This document shows positions 27,788-36,827 of a stretch of 64,000 nucleotides of DNA, piece by piece. The DNA is taken from assembly GCA_051870755.1 (NCBI GenBank), contig JBJECE010000031.1, positions 15,242-79,241 on the forward strand. Direction: 5' to 3'. The translations under genes and the position numbers were made by a program. Numbering within the stretch: the stretch's first letter is position 1; each line of letters starts with the position of its first letter. This DNA comes from Paludibacteraceae bacterium. GTDB taxonomy: Bacteria > Bacteroidota > Bacteroidia > Bacteroidales > Paludibacteraceae. Under the pieces are notes generated by a model. The model was not told the origin of the DNA, did no database searches, and saw only the letters and a program-made list of their open reading frames with translations.

Positions 27788-28738
27788 ATGAAAATTGTAC
27801 TGACCACCAAACTGCCGTCCGAAGGTTTTGCCGCATTGCACGACCACACCCTGATTTTTCCCGATGAAAGCGCATTTACGCGCGCCGAACTATTGCAACA
27901 AATAGCCGATTGCGACGTGCTGGTGCCCACCTACGACTACTCCATCGATGCCGAGATAATAGCCGCCGCCAAAGAGTTGAAACTCATTGCCAATTTCGGC
28001 GTCGGTTTCAACAACATCGATTTGCAGGCAGCCAAAAACCGCGGAATAATCGTAACAAATACGCCGGCACCCGTCATCGACCCGACCGCCGAACAGACCT
28101 TTACGCTGATGTTGGCTTGCGCACACCGCACCGCCGAACTCGACCGCAAAATGCGCCAAACCGACACTATCAAAATCGGCGTGATGAACAACCTCGGCAT
28201 CAGCATCTGCGGCAAAACGCTCGGTATCATCGGTATGGGGCGCATCGGGCAAGCTGTGGCACAACGCGCCGTGGCTTGCGGCATGAACATCATCTACCAC
28301 AACCGGCACAAATTGCCCGATGAAACCGAGCAAAAATGCAGGGCGCACTATGTGTCGCAGGAAGAACTGCTACGGACAGCCGATTTTGTGGTACTGCTGC
28401 TGCCCTACACGCCCGAAACGCACCATTTAATCGACAAAAACGCGTTCGCCATCATGAAAACGGGTGCCGTGCTGATAAACACGGCGCGCGGCCCAATAGT
28501 GGACGAACAAGCACTCATCGAAAATCTACAAAACGGCAAATTGTGGGGTGCGGCGCTCGATGTGTTCGAGCACGAACCGCACATTCCCGATGCGCTCAAG
28601 CAGTTGGACAACGTAGTCATGTCGCCGCACATAGGCACCGGCACCATCGACGGGCGCTTGGCCATGTGCCGCTGCGTAGCCGACAACATTCTGCACTTTG
28701 CCGCCAGAGATATTGGTGAGATGAATGTGGTGAGATAG
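27788..28738 (+). CDS. D-isomer-specific 2-hydroxyacid dehydrogenase (glyoxylate/hydroxypyruvate reductase-like)
   Basis: NAD motif GIIGMGRIGQAVAQRA, the catalytic region NTARGPIVDE, and SPHIGT. Confidence 0.85.
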   Translation: MKIVLTTKLPSEGFAALHDHTLIFPDESAFTRAELLQQIADCDVLVPTYDYSIDAEIIAAAKELKLIANFGVGFNNIDLQAAKNRGIIVTNTPAPVIDPTAEQTFTLMLACAHRTAELDRKMRQTDTIKIGVMNNLGISICGKTLGIIGMGRIGQAVAQRAVACGMNIIYHNRHKLPDETEQKCRAHYVSQEELLRTADFVVLLLPYTPETHHLIDKNAFAIMKTGAVLINTARGPIVDEQALIENLQNGKLWGAALDVFEHEPHIPDALKQLDNVVMSPHIGTGTIDGRLAMCRCVADNILHFAARDIGEMNVVR

Positions 28739-28838
28739 CCACAAATTATCGGCATTGTTTGCCGAGGCGGAATGCTTTAGCAATAATAGACAGATAGTAG
28801 CAAAATTTGAGGAGCAATTAGCGTAAGAACGATTTGGA

Positions 28839-30566
28839 CTACTCCACGTGAATGCAGTTTTTCCCATCCGGCACAAGCACTAACCGAGGATGTTCTACAA
28901 ATCTTTCGGAAAGAACGCTCCATGTCGGTTGGCTGTATTGCTCAAATAAGGTAATATCTGCCATATCACAAAGCGTATAGTACATACAATCTCCATTTAT
29001 TCTTGCTTTTTTATTCGCCTTTGCCTGTGTAATTTTATGTGGATAGAATGATGCATATTCTTCTGACCACCAAAAGATAAATGGAACATGATACTCACAT
29101 CTAACCGGAACACAATTTCCTCCATGCCCTGCACCTCCATGTTCAATTGATTCTCCGTGGTCAGATACAAACATAAATGCGGATACGGTATTGGGGCGGT
29201 TGATTGTCTCTATCAATGAAGCAAGAATATAGTCTGTATAGAGAATACTATTGTCATAGGCATTGATGAGCATCATACTATCTCTGACCATATCAGAAGC
29301 ACAATTGTTTGAATTTGGATTGTACACCTCATACTCTTGTTCGTAATTGGTAAAGAAACTATGATTCCCCATAAACTCCATCATAACAAACAACTTATCG
29401 TGTACATTAACGAGCGAATCCAATACTCGTATCATCGTCTTATCACCCGAAGTTATATTTCTACCATTCGCTATGTTGGGCACAATGATAAGTGAATCCA
29501 CTCCATTGGAAAGATACTTCTCATAGGAAAGCAGATTAGTACTATTAACAATCGTAAAGACTTTGAATCCGCATTCCCGAAAAGGCTCAATTATAGACCG
29601 TTCTGCAAAATTCAACTCAAAATTGTCAGGCGTTGCGCGTGTTACTAATTGTGGTACGGAAAACATGGTTAAGCACGCTTGGGAATAATAGTTATCAAAA
29701 AGCAGGACATTATCTAATGCCTCCAAACGGGGAGTTGTAGTTCGCTCATATTGCCCATTTAGCGATAGGTTATCATAGCGCAATGACTCTCCTATACCAA
29801 AAACATATATTTCCTTCTGAGGAGGAATAGCCTGACGCTGAGCACCCATATCAATATCTTTCATATGTTCCGCCTGACGCCTATGTTTCAAATCAATATG
29901 GGCGTTCCATGATTGATAAAATACATTATAGGGCGTTCGATTGAGAATGCGATGATGCACATAGTAACGAAGGGTGATACTCTTGTGATATGATAGCCGG
30001 ATTTTATAGGTTACAAAACAGCATGGGATAAGCAATAGCAACCCGATAGCAAACCATTTCTTATAGGTAAACTTTGGCTTTTGGTAGCATATACAAGATA
30101 GTATTCCCAAACACAATAACGGCAGGAGATTCAGTATCTCACCCACATTGGTTTGATAGAATTCAGAAGCTTCTTGCGGGTTGGTTTTTATTGCGGAAAT
30201 GATACCTCCCGGTAAAAGATAGTCTCCGTACAAATCAACCATGCCTTGGTCTATCATAGAGAGGATGGTAAATAATGAGATGGTTGTACAGTATATCCAT
30301 TTCTTAGGCGATAGCGCTATCAGAATAGCAATCGGAATAAGGAAAATTAGACTGGTTACGACGTAAGTTATACCAGTATCACGGACGATAGCGAAAGTAA
30401 TATTTGGATACAGCAGCACGAGAGTCATGCAAACGATGCTCGCCGACCATAATAAATTTGTTTTTGATAGTTTTAGTATGCTTTTAGAATAGGAAAACAT
30501 AAGAATAAACTTTTGCTTGAGCAAACGTCTATTCCGATAGTAAGCAACAAAAAAAGCGTTCGCCAT
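28839..30566 (-). CDS. Phosphoethanolamine transferase (EptA/sulfatase superfamily), AT-rich gene
   Basis: Five N-terminal TM helices followed by a sulfatase domain (FGIGESLRYDNLSLNGQYERTTTPRL, VSDHGES, HGGAGHGG). A sample 60-nt line (29401-29460) has 22 G+C, versus 33 in a sample host line (44161-44220). Confidence 0.75.
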   Translation of the reverse strand: MANAFFVAYYRNRRLLKQKFILMFSYSKSILKLSKTNLLWSASIVCMTLVLLYPNITFAIVRDTGITYVVTSLIFLIPIAILIALSPKKWIYCTTISLFTILSMIDQGMVDLYGDYLLPGGIISAIKTNPQEASEFYQTNVGEILNLLPLLCLGILSCICYQKPKFTYKKWFAIGLLLLIPCCFVTYKIRLSYHKSITLRYYVHHRILNRTPYNVFYQSWNAHIDLKHRRQAEHMKDIDMGAQRQAIPPQKEIYVFGIGESLRYDNLSLNGQYERTTTPRLEALDNVLLFDNYYSQACLTMFSVPQLVTRATPDNFELNFAERSIIEPFRECGFKVFTIVNSTNLLSYEKYLSNGVDSLIIVPNIANGRNITSGDKTMIRVLDSLVNVHDKLFVMMEFMGNHSFFTNYEQEYEVYNPNSNNCASDMVRDSMMLINAYDNSILYTDYILASLIETINRPNTVSAFMFVSDHGESIEHGGAGHGGNCVPVRCEYHVPFIFWWSEEYASFYPHKITQAKANKKARINGDCMYYTLCDMADITLFEQYSQPTWSVLSERFVEHPRLVLVPDGKNCIHVE

Positions 30567-30576
30567 TTCGTTTTTT

Positions 30577-30716
30577 GCTTATTTACTCAGTTAGCCGACC
30601 AAAGCATTGTATGTAATAAGCACGAAACAACTCACGCCCGAAAGCGTGAACCTTTTTACCTGCTTATTCTCACATACTTTATAAATTGGTCGTTTACTGA
30701 GTAGAAAATAAGAGCG
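30577..30716. repeat. Nested imperfect inverted repeat (three concentric helices), ~140 nt
   Basis: Outer helix has three 7-bp segments: CTTATTT/AAATAAG, ACTCAGT/ACTGAGT and CGACCAA/TTGGTCG. Middle helix is AATAAGCA (30615-22) / TGCTTATT (30661-68). Inner helix is TCACGC (30632-37) / GCGTGA (30644-49). Confidence 0.7.
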
Positions 30717-30771
30717 TAAAGCTCAAAAAATTAATAATATGTTACAAAATTGCCCTCCGGCAATCGTTTTG

Positions 30772-30779
30772 CAAAGATA
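30772..30779 (-). promoter_or_regulatory. -7 box TAtcTTTG, candidate promoter for the phosphoethanolamine transferase gene
   Basis: Plus strand reads CAAAGATA. It would give a ~200-nt leader. It lies just after the stop of the upstream operon (30793), and a short hairpin ATTGCC/GGCAAT sits at 30749-30764. Confidence 0.35.
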
Positions 30780-30792
30780 TATATTTTTCTTG

Positions 30793-31779
30793 TTACTGCA
30801 AAGTAATTACGGTGATTTCGGCCGGACAGTTGAGGCGGACGGGTAACGTACCGCCCAACCCGACGTTGATGTAGAGGGTCTGCCCTGCGCTGTCGTAACG
30901 GCCGGCTGTTTCGCAAAATGCCCACGCGGCCGGCGTCCAACCGAACAAACGTACCTGAGCCGCATGCGTATGACCACTCAATGTCAAAGGAATGTCCGTT
31001 TGGCCCAACACTTCGGCACGCCAATGTGTCGGGTCGTGGCTCAATAGTATGCGAAAACCATCGGTGCCGGCCATGGCTTGGGGTAAGTTGCCGGCGTGCA
31101 CCGTGCGAAAGCCCTGATGCTTACACGCGCAGTTGTCCACCCCGACAATCGTCAGCGTGTCGTTATCGCGCACAATGTTCAGATGCTCGTTGCGCAACAG
31201 ATGCCAACCCAATTCGTTGCGTTCAAAATCGACCAACTTGGCCACTTCGCCTCGGCGTTCGGCCTCCGATGTCCAATGCCGATAGATGAGCATATCGTGA
31301 TTGCCCAGCACACTGACGACACCATCATGTGCGTGCAACCGGCGCAAGATGTCGCGGTAAGGTGCGACTTCGGTCACGCCCATCGTAACCAAATCGCCCG
31401 TAAAACAAATCACGTCGGGCTGTTGCGCGTTGATGCTATCGACCAAGCGCTGCAGTGCCGCAGGGCGGTCGTCGAACGTACTTAAATGCAAATCCGAAAT
31501 GTGCACAATCTTATACCCCTTGAATGCTGGCGGAATAACGGTATGCGTGTAATCCACATGTTTAATTTCGACACGAAAACGACCGACAAAAAAGCCATAA
31601 GCCAAAATGCTCCAACAAAGCAACACAAGTCCCAACGCCGTCCAGCCAAACGGACTATAAGGCACAGAGAAATCGCAACAACGACCGACCAGCCATACAA
31701 CCAACCAAATCAGATGCGGAATGACTACCAACAAGCCTCCCAATACAAGTGAGGAGATGAACATCATGTGCGCTATCAT
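30793..31779 (-). CDS. Membrane-anchored calcineurin-like metallophosphoesterase
   Basis: HISDLHL, TGDLV, GNHD and GHTH motifs in order, after N-terminal TM helices. The ATG overlaps the upstream stop (ATGA). Confidence 0.85.
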   Translation of the reverse strand: MIAHMMFISSLVLGGLLVVIPHLIWLVVWLVGRCCDFSVPYSPFGWTALGLVLLCWSILAYGFFVGRFRVEIKHVDYTHTVIPPAFKGYKIVHISDLHLSTFDDRPAALQRLVDSINAQQPDVICFTGDLVTMGVTEVAPYRDILRRLHAHDGVVSVLGNHDMLIYRHWTSEAERRGEVAKLVDFERNELGWHLLRNEHLNIVRDNDTLTIVGVDNCACKHQGFRTVHAGNLPQAMAGTDGFRILLSHDPTHWRAEVLGQTDIPLTLSGHTHAAQVRLFGWTPAAWAFCETAGRYDSAGQTLYINVGLGGTLPVRLNCPAEITVITLQ

Positions 31780-33134
31780 ACTACATCAATGTTTTTGCGT
31801 TCGTCTATAAATTTGATCGGCTTACGCGATTGTGCCGGGAAATTAATTTTTTGTATCAAGTCGGGCGGCAAAATTTCGACGATAGGCGCCACACGGATGC
31901 GTGCGCGGAAACGGTCTTTCAAATCTTTGATAAGCGACGCTTCCGCTTCGCCAATAGAATTGGCCAATTGGGCGTATGGATACTCTTTTTTCAGTCCTAT
32001 GCGCACCACCACTTCGTCGGTGCCGGCATCGCTGTCGCGCACTACGACGACGTAATTGGCCACATATTCCGTATTGTCAAGCACATCGTTGATGGCCGGC
32101 GGATAGAGCGTTGTGCCTTTCAACTTTATCATGTTGTTTTTTCGGCCGACAAGCGGTGTCAGCCGGTACGAATGACGGCCGCACGCACATGGTTCGGTAA
32201 TTTTTGCCGCCATATCGCCGGTACGGAAACGCAACAGCGGCATGCCTTCGACACCGAGTGTGGTTATCACGATTTCGCCCACTTCGCCATCGGGCACGGG
32301 ACGATTGTCGTCACCAATGATTTCGACAATGATCAATTCGGGATGCACATGTCCGCCACAGCCACAAGGACATTCTGAGAATGTGGCCGACATCTCGGTG
32401 GACGAATAGGTGGCAAAAAGTTCCACTTCGGGCCATTTGTCGTGAATGCGCCTACCGAGCAAATTGAGGTTAAAGTGTTGATCGCGCAACCCTTCGCCAA
32501 TGCCAATAATGCGTCGCACCGACGAGTGGCGATAATCAATACCGTTTTGTTCGGCATATTCTACAAGGCGCAGTATGAACGACGGCACACACATGATGGT
32601 ATCGGGATGCAGGCGACGAATGGTATCCCACTGCAATTCGGGAATGCCGTTACCGACACGGACGATGCCCGCTCCCAATTTGCGCAACCCGAGGAAATAG
32701 GCCATGCCGGCCATAAAGCGTTTGTCGAGCGTTGTCATCAACTGTACAATGCTGTCGGACGTAACGCCCGCGCATGCAAACGACACGGCTTCGTTGTAAG
32801 CCAAGCGTTCCAAATCGCCATCGGTACAAGCAAACGTCACAGGGTCGCCCAACGTACCTGATGTGGTGATGTAGTCGATGATGTCGCGCGGCGGCACACA
32901 CAAAAAATCGGTGTTGTGCTGTTGCAAATCTTTCTTGTCGGTAAACGGCAATTTTTGCAAATCGTCGAGCGTGCGAATGGTTTCGACAGCGATACCATGC
33001 TTGGCAAACATGGCTTGATAAAATGGCGAATGTGCCTGCAAATAGGCTAAATGTTCGCGCAGTTTTTCCTCCTGCAAGTGCAGAATTTCAGCGGCAGAAC
33101 GAAATTCTATGTCAAATGGTTGGAATTTTTCCAT
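31776..33134 (-). CDS. Phenylacetate-CoA ligase / F390-synthetase-like adenylate-forming enzyme
   Basis: P-loop variant TTSGTLGDP. Length and layout fit the PaaK family; the C-terminal subdomain has KGTTLYPPAI. Confidence 0.75.
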   Translation of the reverse strand: MEKFQPFDIEFRSAAEILHLQEEKLREHLAYLQAHSPFYQAMFAKHGIAVETIRTLDDLQKLPFTDKKDLQQHNTDFLCVPPRDIIDYITTSGTLGDPVTFACTDGDLERLAYNEAVSFACAGVTSDSIVQLMTTLDKRFMAGMAYFLGLRKLGAGIVRVGNGIPELQWDTIRRLHPDTIMCVPSFILRLVEYAEQNGIDYRHSSVRRIIGIGEGLRDQHFNLNLLGRRIHDKWPEVELFATYSSTEMSATFSECPCGCGGHVHPELIIVEIIGDDNRPVPDGEVGEIVITTLGVEGMPLLRFRTGDMAAKITEPCACGRHSYRLTPLVGRKNNMIKLKGTTLYPPAINDVLDNTEYVANYVVVVRDSDAGTDEVVVRIGLKKEYPYAQLANSIGEAEASLIKDLKDRFRARIRVAPIVEILPPDLIQKINFPAQSRKPIKFIDERKNIDVV

Positions 33135-33147
33135 ATTTCATTGATTA

Positions 33148-36100
33148 TCAAATTGTTTCGCGCATACAAATCCACGCAAACGGATTGTCGGTGATTATAA
33201 AACCGGCGGCCGGCGGCAAATGATTTTTGCCGTTTTTGATGACGATAATTTTTCCGTCCGCTTCCAATGCGGCGGCACATTTTGCAAATAGTTCATCGGA
33301 ATAGGCATTGATAATGAACACATTGCTCGGCGACAACTCGGCCGTGCGCGCATCGGCACAGATGAACTTGGTGCGTTGTCGGGTAAGTGTGCCGTGCGCG
33401 GCAAACGCCACTTTTTCGGCATCGCTGTCGAACGCCGTAGCCGTGCGATGCGTGGATAATAAGGTTAGGAGAAACGATTTTTCGCCGTATCCGCAATCGG
33501 TTTCGCAGATGGCGGCTTGACGCGGCACAACGGCATCAAGCCAACGATAATAGCGTTGCCGGCGCGCCTTGCGGTGTTCCATCCATGCGACATGAGCATC
33601 TTTGTACACATAGTTTTTGTCGAATGCCGTGCGATAGTAGGCATTGTCCATCGTGTCGTAAGCATCGCGCAATTTGTCGTATTCGGCAGCCACATAACGA
33701 CGTATCTGTTTGGCACGTTCTTGATAGGTTGTGCCATAGCGTGCATCGTCGCACGCAATGCGCGACAACACTTCGGCCACCATCGTACCATTGGCCACAT
33801 AGAGTTGCCCCTTGCGATAGCAGTTGCCCGTGCCATAAAGTGCTATCGGCACGATGTCGAGTTGATATTTTTCGGCCAGAAAGAAGGCACCTTTGTGGAA
33901 GCGCTGAACTTCCAAATCGTCGGAGCGCGTGCCTTCGGGGAATATGGCCAACGACTGCCGGCGCGCCAGCATATCGTCCATCAGATGCTCCATCTGTTCC
34001 ACCCCTTTCGACGCATCGACAAATCCGGCAAAGCGGGTTATCGGGGCAAACAACGGATTGCGCATAACCCACGCTTTGGCCATAACGATCACATCGGGCG
34101 ACAGGCTGAACATAATCAGCAAATCAATCATCGACTGATGGTTAGCAATGATGATGGCCGGTTTTTTGAACGTTTCGCCATGGCGATGAATGTGGTAATG
34201 CACGCCCGGTATTATACGCAGCAAACAGCGGGCTATCTGTTGCAAAACCACCCGAAACAGCCGGCGTTTCAGCGACATGCGACACGGCACCAACAACAAT
34301 ATGAGAATCAACACATCAAGCAACAAACTGCTCATCACTATCAGCAGCAAACCCCATAACGAGCGCAGCAAACTCCCAACGGTGTGCGGCAATCCGCCCT
34401 TGTCGGTGTGAGCAGTTACCAACCAACGAAACAATAGCGGTTGCAAAATGTACGATACCAACACCACCACAATGATGCCCAACAACGACACCAAAGCCAG
34501 CGAATGAATGGCCGGATGTTTGGCAAAGAGCAACGCCCCCATACCGATCACCGTCATCAAAGCCGAGAAGAAAATGGCCGTTTTGTGCGCCGGCAACATC
34601 TTTTTGCCAACACGATATTCGCTACACAACCCATCGAGCACAAATATGCTGAAGTCGTCGCCAATGCCGAAAATAAAGGTCGATAGAATAATATTGACTA
34701 TGTTGAATTCGATGCCGAAAATGGCCATAAACCCGAGAATGATGAACCAACTTAGGCACATGGGCAGAAACGCCAGCACTGCCAACTCTACCCTGCCATA
34801 CGACACCAGCAACACGACAAAAATCAGCAATGACGAGATGCCGAGAATCAGGTTGAAATCGTCGTTGATGGAACGCGCCACTTCGGCAATGAAAAAACTC
34901 TGATCGACCACCGTAGCCGTAGGTGCCACTTGCCGATAGAACGCCTGCTTTTGGGCATCGTCCAACCACACCTGCATAATCAGCGAAACTACCGAATCGT
35001 TCTGCTCCACCAAATTCGAAAATGCCAACGTTTGTCCGCGTATTTCGGCGGCCAAGTCGGTGGGCGCGTAATCGGTATGCAACATATCGAAAAACGCCTC
35101 GAACGCCTCATCGGCAAATCCGGTTTGTCGCGCAGCATCGCGCACCACGGTTTCGACTTGTTGGCGTTTGTCGGCAGTCCAATAGTCGTTCCACCGAGCG
35201 ATTTTTTGCATTTGCACCGTTTGAGGCGGCAAAAATGCGGCGGCCGACATATATTTTTCGATGCTGTCGGCAGCGGCAGCCGCTCGTGCCACAGCATCCG
35301 TCGCGCTATAGGCCTGCAAAGCCGTTTCGGCAGTCGCTGCATGCGACACCAATAGTATCGACCGATCTTCGTCCGGCCGGTTTTGCAAACGCCGACCGGC
35401 ACTATCGAGATGCGGCGGCTGATAGCACAGTTGCATCATGTCGTAGTTGAAACGCACATCGCCACACATCGAACAAGTAACCACCAGCACTACCGCCAGC
35501 GCGCCAATCAACCATTTGTTTCTATCGTACGCATAACCATTCAACCGATTGATAAACTGCATGGTACGCGTTTTTTCGTGTTGTCCGTCCACCACCATGC
35601 AATGCGGCAAAAAGATGAGGCAAAACAACATTGTTCCCACCAAACTGCAAGCTGCAAAAAGTCCAAAATCCTGCAACAAAGGCGACGAAGTAAACTGCAA
35701 TCCGACAAAGGCACCAATGGTTGTCAGGCTGCCAATGGTCAGCGGCGTAGCCAACTCTTCGACAAGTTGCCGTGGCGTTTTGCTATGGCCGGCATGCGCC
35801 ACCACATGCACCGAATAACTGAGCGCTACGCCCAACACGACAGCGCCGGTGCCAATGGCGATGGCCGATATTTGCCCTTGTATCAGCACAATGCATGCCG
35901 CGGCAAACAAGGCGCCGTAAACGACCGGCACAATCAGCAACGCGATGGTTCGTTTGCGTCGGAACGTCAGCAACACCAAAACGACAATCACCAGCAACGC
36001 CACATTGAGCGTTACCATCAAATCGCGCTGAATTTGACGCGCATTATAGGTGGCTATCAGCGGCACGCCATAGCATTCGGCTACCACATCAGCATATTGA

Positions 36101-36825
36101 TTTTCAACCTGTTGCAACGAATTTTCGATGGCTGTTGTCAGTTCGTCGTTGAGGGGCGAAGCGTCGCTGCCGTCTTGCGAATCAATAAACAGATACAACG
36201 TGCGATAGTCATCGGAAAAGAGGCGGTCATCGTAGATGGCATAGCCCTCGAACTGATTGAAATGCAACAAATCGGCCAGCGGTTTTGCGCCCAATCCCAG
36301 CGGGTCGCGCAAAATGATATTCTGCATACCGACGCCCATCGGCGAGACCAAATCGGTATAATTCTGTGCCATGCGCTGCCTACACACCGCCGGCTGCAAC
36401 AAACTATCCACAGCAGCATACGCCGTCGAATCGATAAAGAGCGGAAGATGCCGGTAGATAAAATTCATGGTGTTATCCACCACCGACATATCGACGCGTG
36501 CATCGAGCCGCAAAATGTGTGCCGAATCGGTTTGCTGCCACACGGCCGTTTCGAAAGCATCGGCTGCCGCAATCAAATCGTCGGGCGACACCTCGTCGGA
36601 TGCGGCCGAAAACATGACGATAATGCGGTCTTTGATGCGCAACTCGGCCAACACCTCTTTATCGTGCGCGCGGTCGCCTTCGGGTACGAAACTCATAATG
36701 TCAGTCTGGAATCGCAACCGACACGCTATCAGCGACATAACAACTACTGAAACGCCCAGCGCGACCCACAGCCATGTGCGATGACGTTCAAAAAAATCGT
36801 ATATTGTCAGAAAAAATTTGGTCAT
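33148..36825 (-). CDS. Triple fusion: MMPL/RND-like exporter, PlsC-type acyltransferase and SAM-methyltransferase-like domain
   Basis: Two 5-6 TM bundles with large loops span aa ~1-805. The acyltransferase motifs are HX4D NHQSMIDL and FPEGTR (nt ~33742-34254). The C-terminus has the glycine-rich motif ICETDCGYGEKS followed by FDSDAEKV (nt ~33232-33549). ATG at 36825; the track start at 36831 is TTG. Confidence 0.75.
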   Translation of the reverse strand: MTKFFLTIYDFFERHRTWLWVALGVSVVVMSLIACRLRFQTDIMSFVPEGDRAHDKEVLAELRIKDRIIVMFSAASDEVSPDDLIAAADAFETAVWQQTDSAHILRLDARVDMSVVDNTMNFIYRHLPLFIDSTAYAAVDSLLQPAVCRQRMAQNYTDLVSPMGVGMQNIILRDPLGLGAKPLADLLHFNQFEGYAIYDDRLFSDDYRTLYLFIDSQDGSDASPLNDELTTAIENSLQQVENQYADVVAECYGVPLIATYNARQIQRDLMVTLNVALLVIVVLVLLTFRRKRTIALLIVPVVYGALFAAACIVLIQGQISAIAIGTGAVVLGVALSYSVHVVAHAGHSKTPRQLVEELATPLTIGSLTTIGAFVGLQFTSSPLLQDFGLFAACSLVGTMLFCLIFLPHCMVVDGQHEKTRTMQFINRLNGYAYDRNKWLIGALAVVLVVTCSMCGDVRFNYDMMQLCYQPPHLDSAGRRLQNRPDEDRSILLVSHAATAETALQAYSATDAVARAAAAADSIEKYMSAAAFLPPQTVQMQKIARWNDYWTADKRQQVETVVRDAARQTGFADEAFEAFFDMLHTDYAPTDLAAEIRGQTLAFSNLVEQNDSVVSLIMQVWLDDAQKQAFYRQVAPTATVVDQSFFIAEVARSINDDFNLILGISSLLIFVVLLVSYGRVELAVLAFLPMCLSWFIILGFMAIFGIEFNIVNIILSTFIFGIGDDFSIFVLDGLCSEYRVGKKMLPAHKTAIFFSALMTVIGMGALLFAKHPAIHSLALVSLLGIIVVVLVSYILQPLLFRWLVTAHTDKGGLPHTVGSLLRSLWGLLLIVMSSLLLDVLILILLLVPCRMSLKRRLFRVVLQQIARCLLRIIPGVHYHIHRHGETFKKPAIIIANHQSMIDLLIMFSLSPDVIVMAKAWVMRNPLFAPITRFAGFVDASKGVEQMEHLMDDMLARRQSLAIFPEGTRSDDLEVQRFHKGAFFLAEKYQLDIVPIALYGTGNCYRKGQLYVANGTMVAEVLSRIACDDARYGTTYQERAKQIRRYVAAEYDKLRDAYDTMDNAYYRTAFDKNYVYKDAHVAWMEHRKARRQRYYRWLDAVVPRQAAICETDCGYGEKSFLLTLLSTHRTATAFDSDAEKVAFAAHGTLTRQRTKFICADARTAELSPSNVFIINAYSDELFAKCAAALEADGKIIVIKNGKNHLPPAAGFIITDNPFAWICMRETI

Positions 36826-36827
36826 AT

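Noticed and set aside
28839-30566. Labelling the phosphoethanolamine transferase as an mcr-type colistin-resistance gene.
   Set aside because: Only family-level motifs are visible. MCR assignment needs phylogeny and phenotype, and Bacteroidota carry diverse chromosomal EptA-like genes.
30513-30704. A 63-aa plus-strand ORF spanning the start of the transferase gene and the nested repeat.
   Set aside because: It overlaps the 5' end of a confident gene on the other strand and the palindromic element. It has no promoter or start context.
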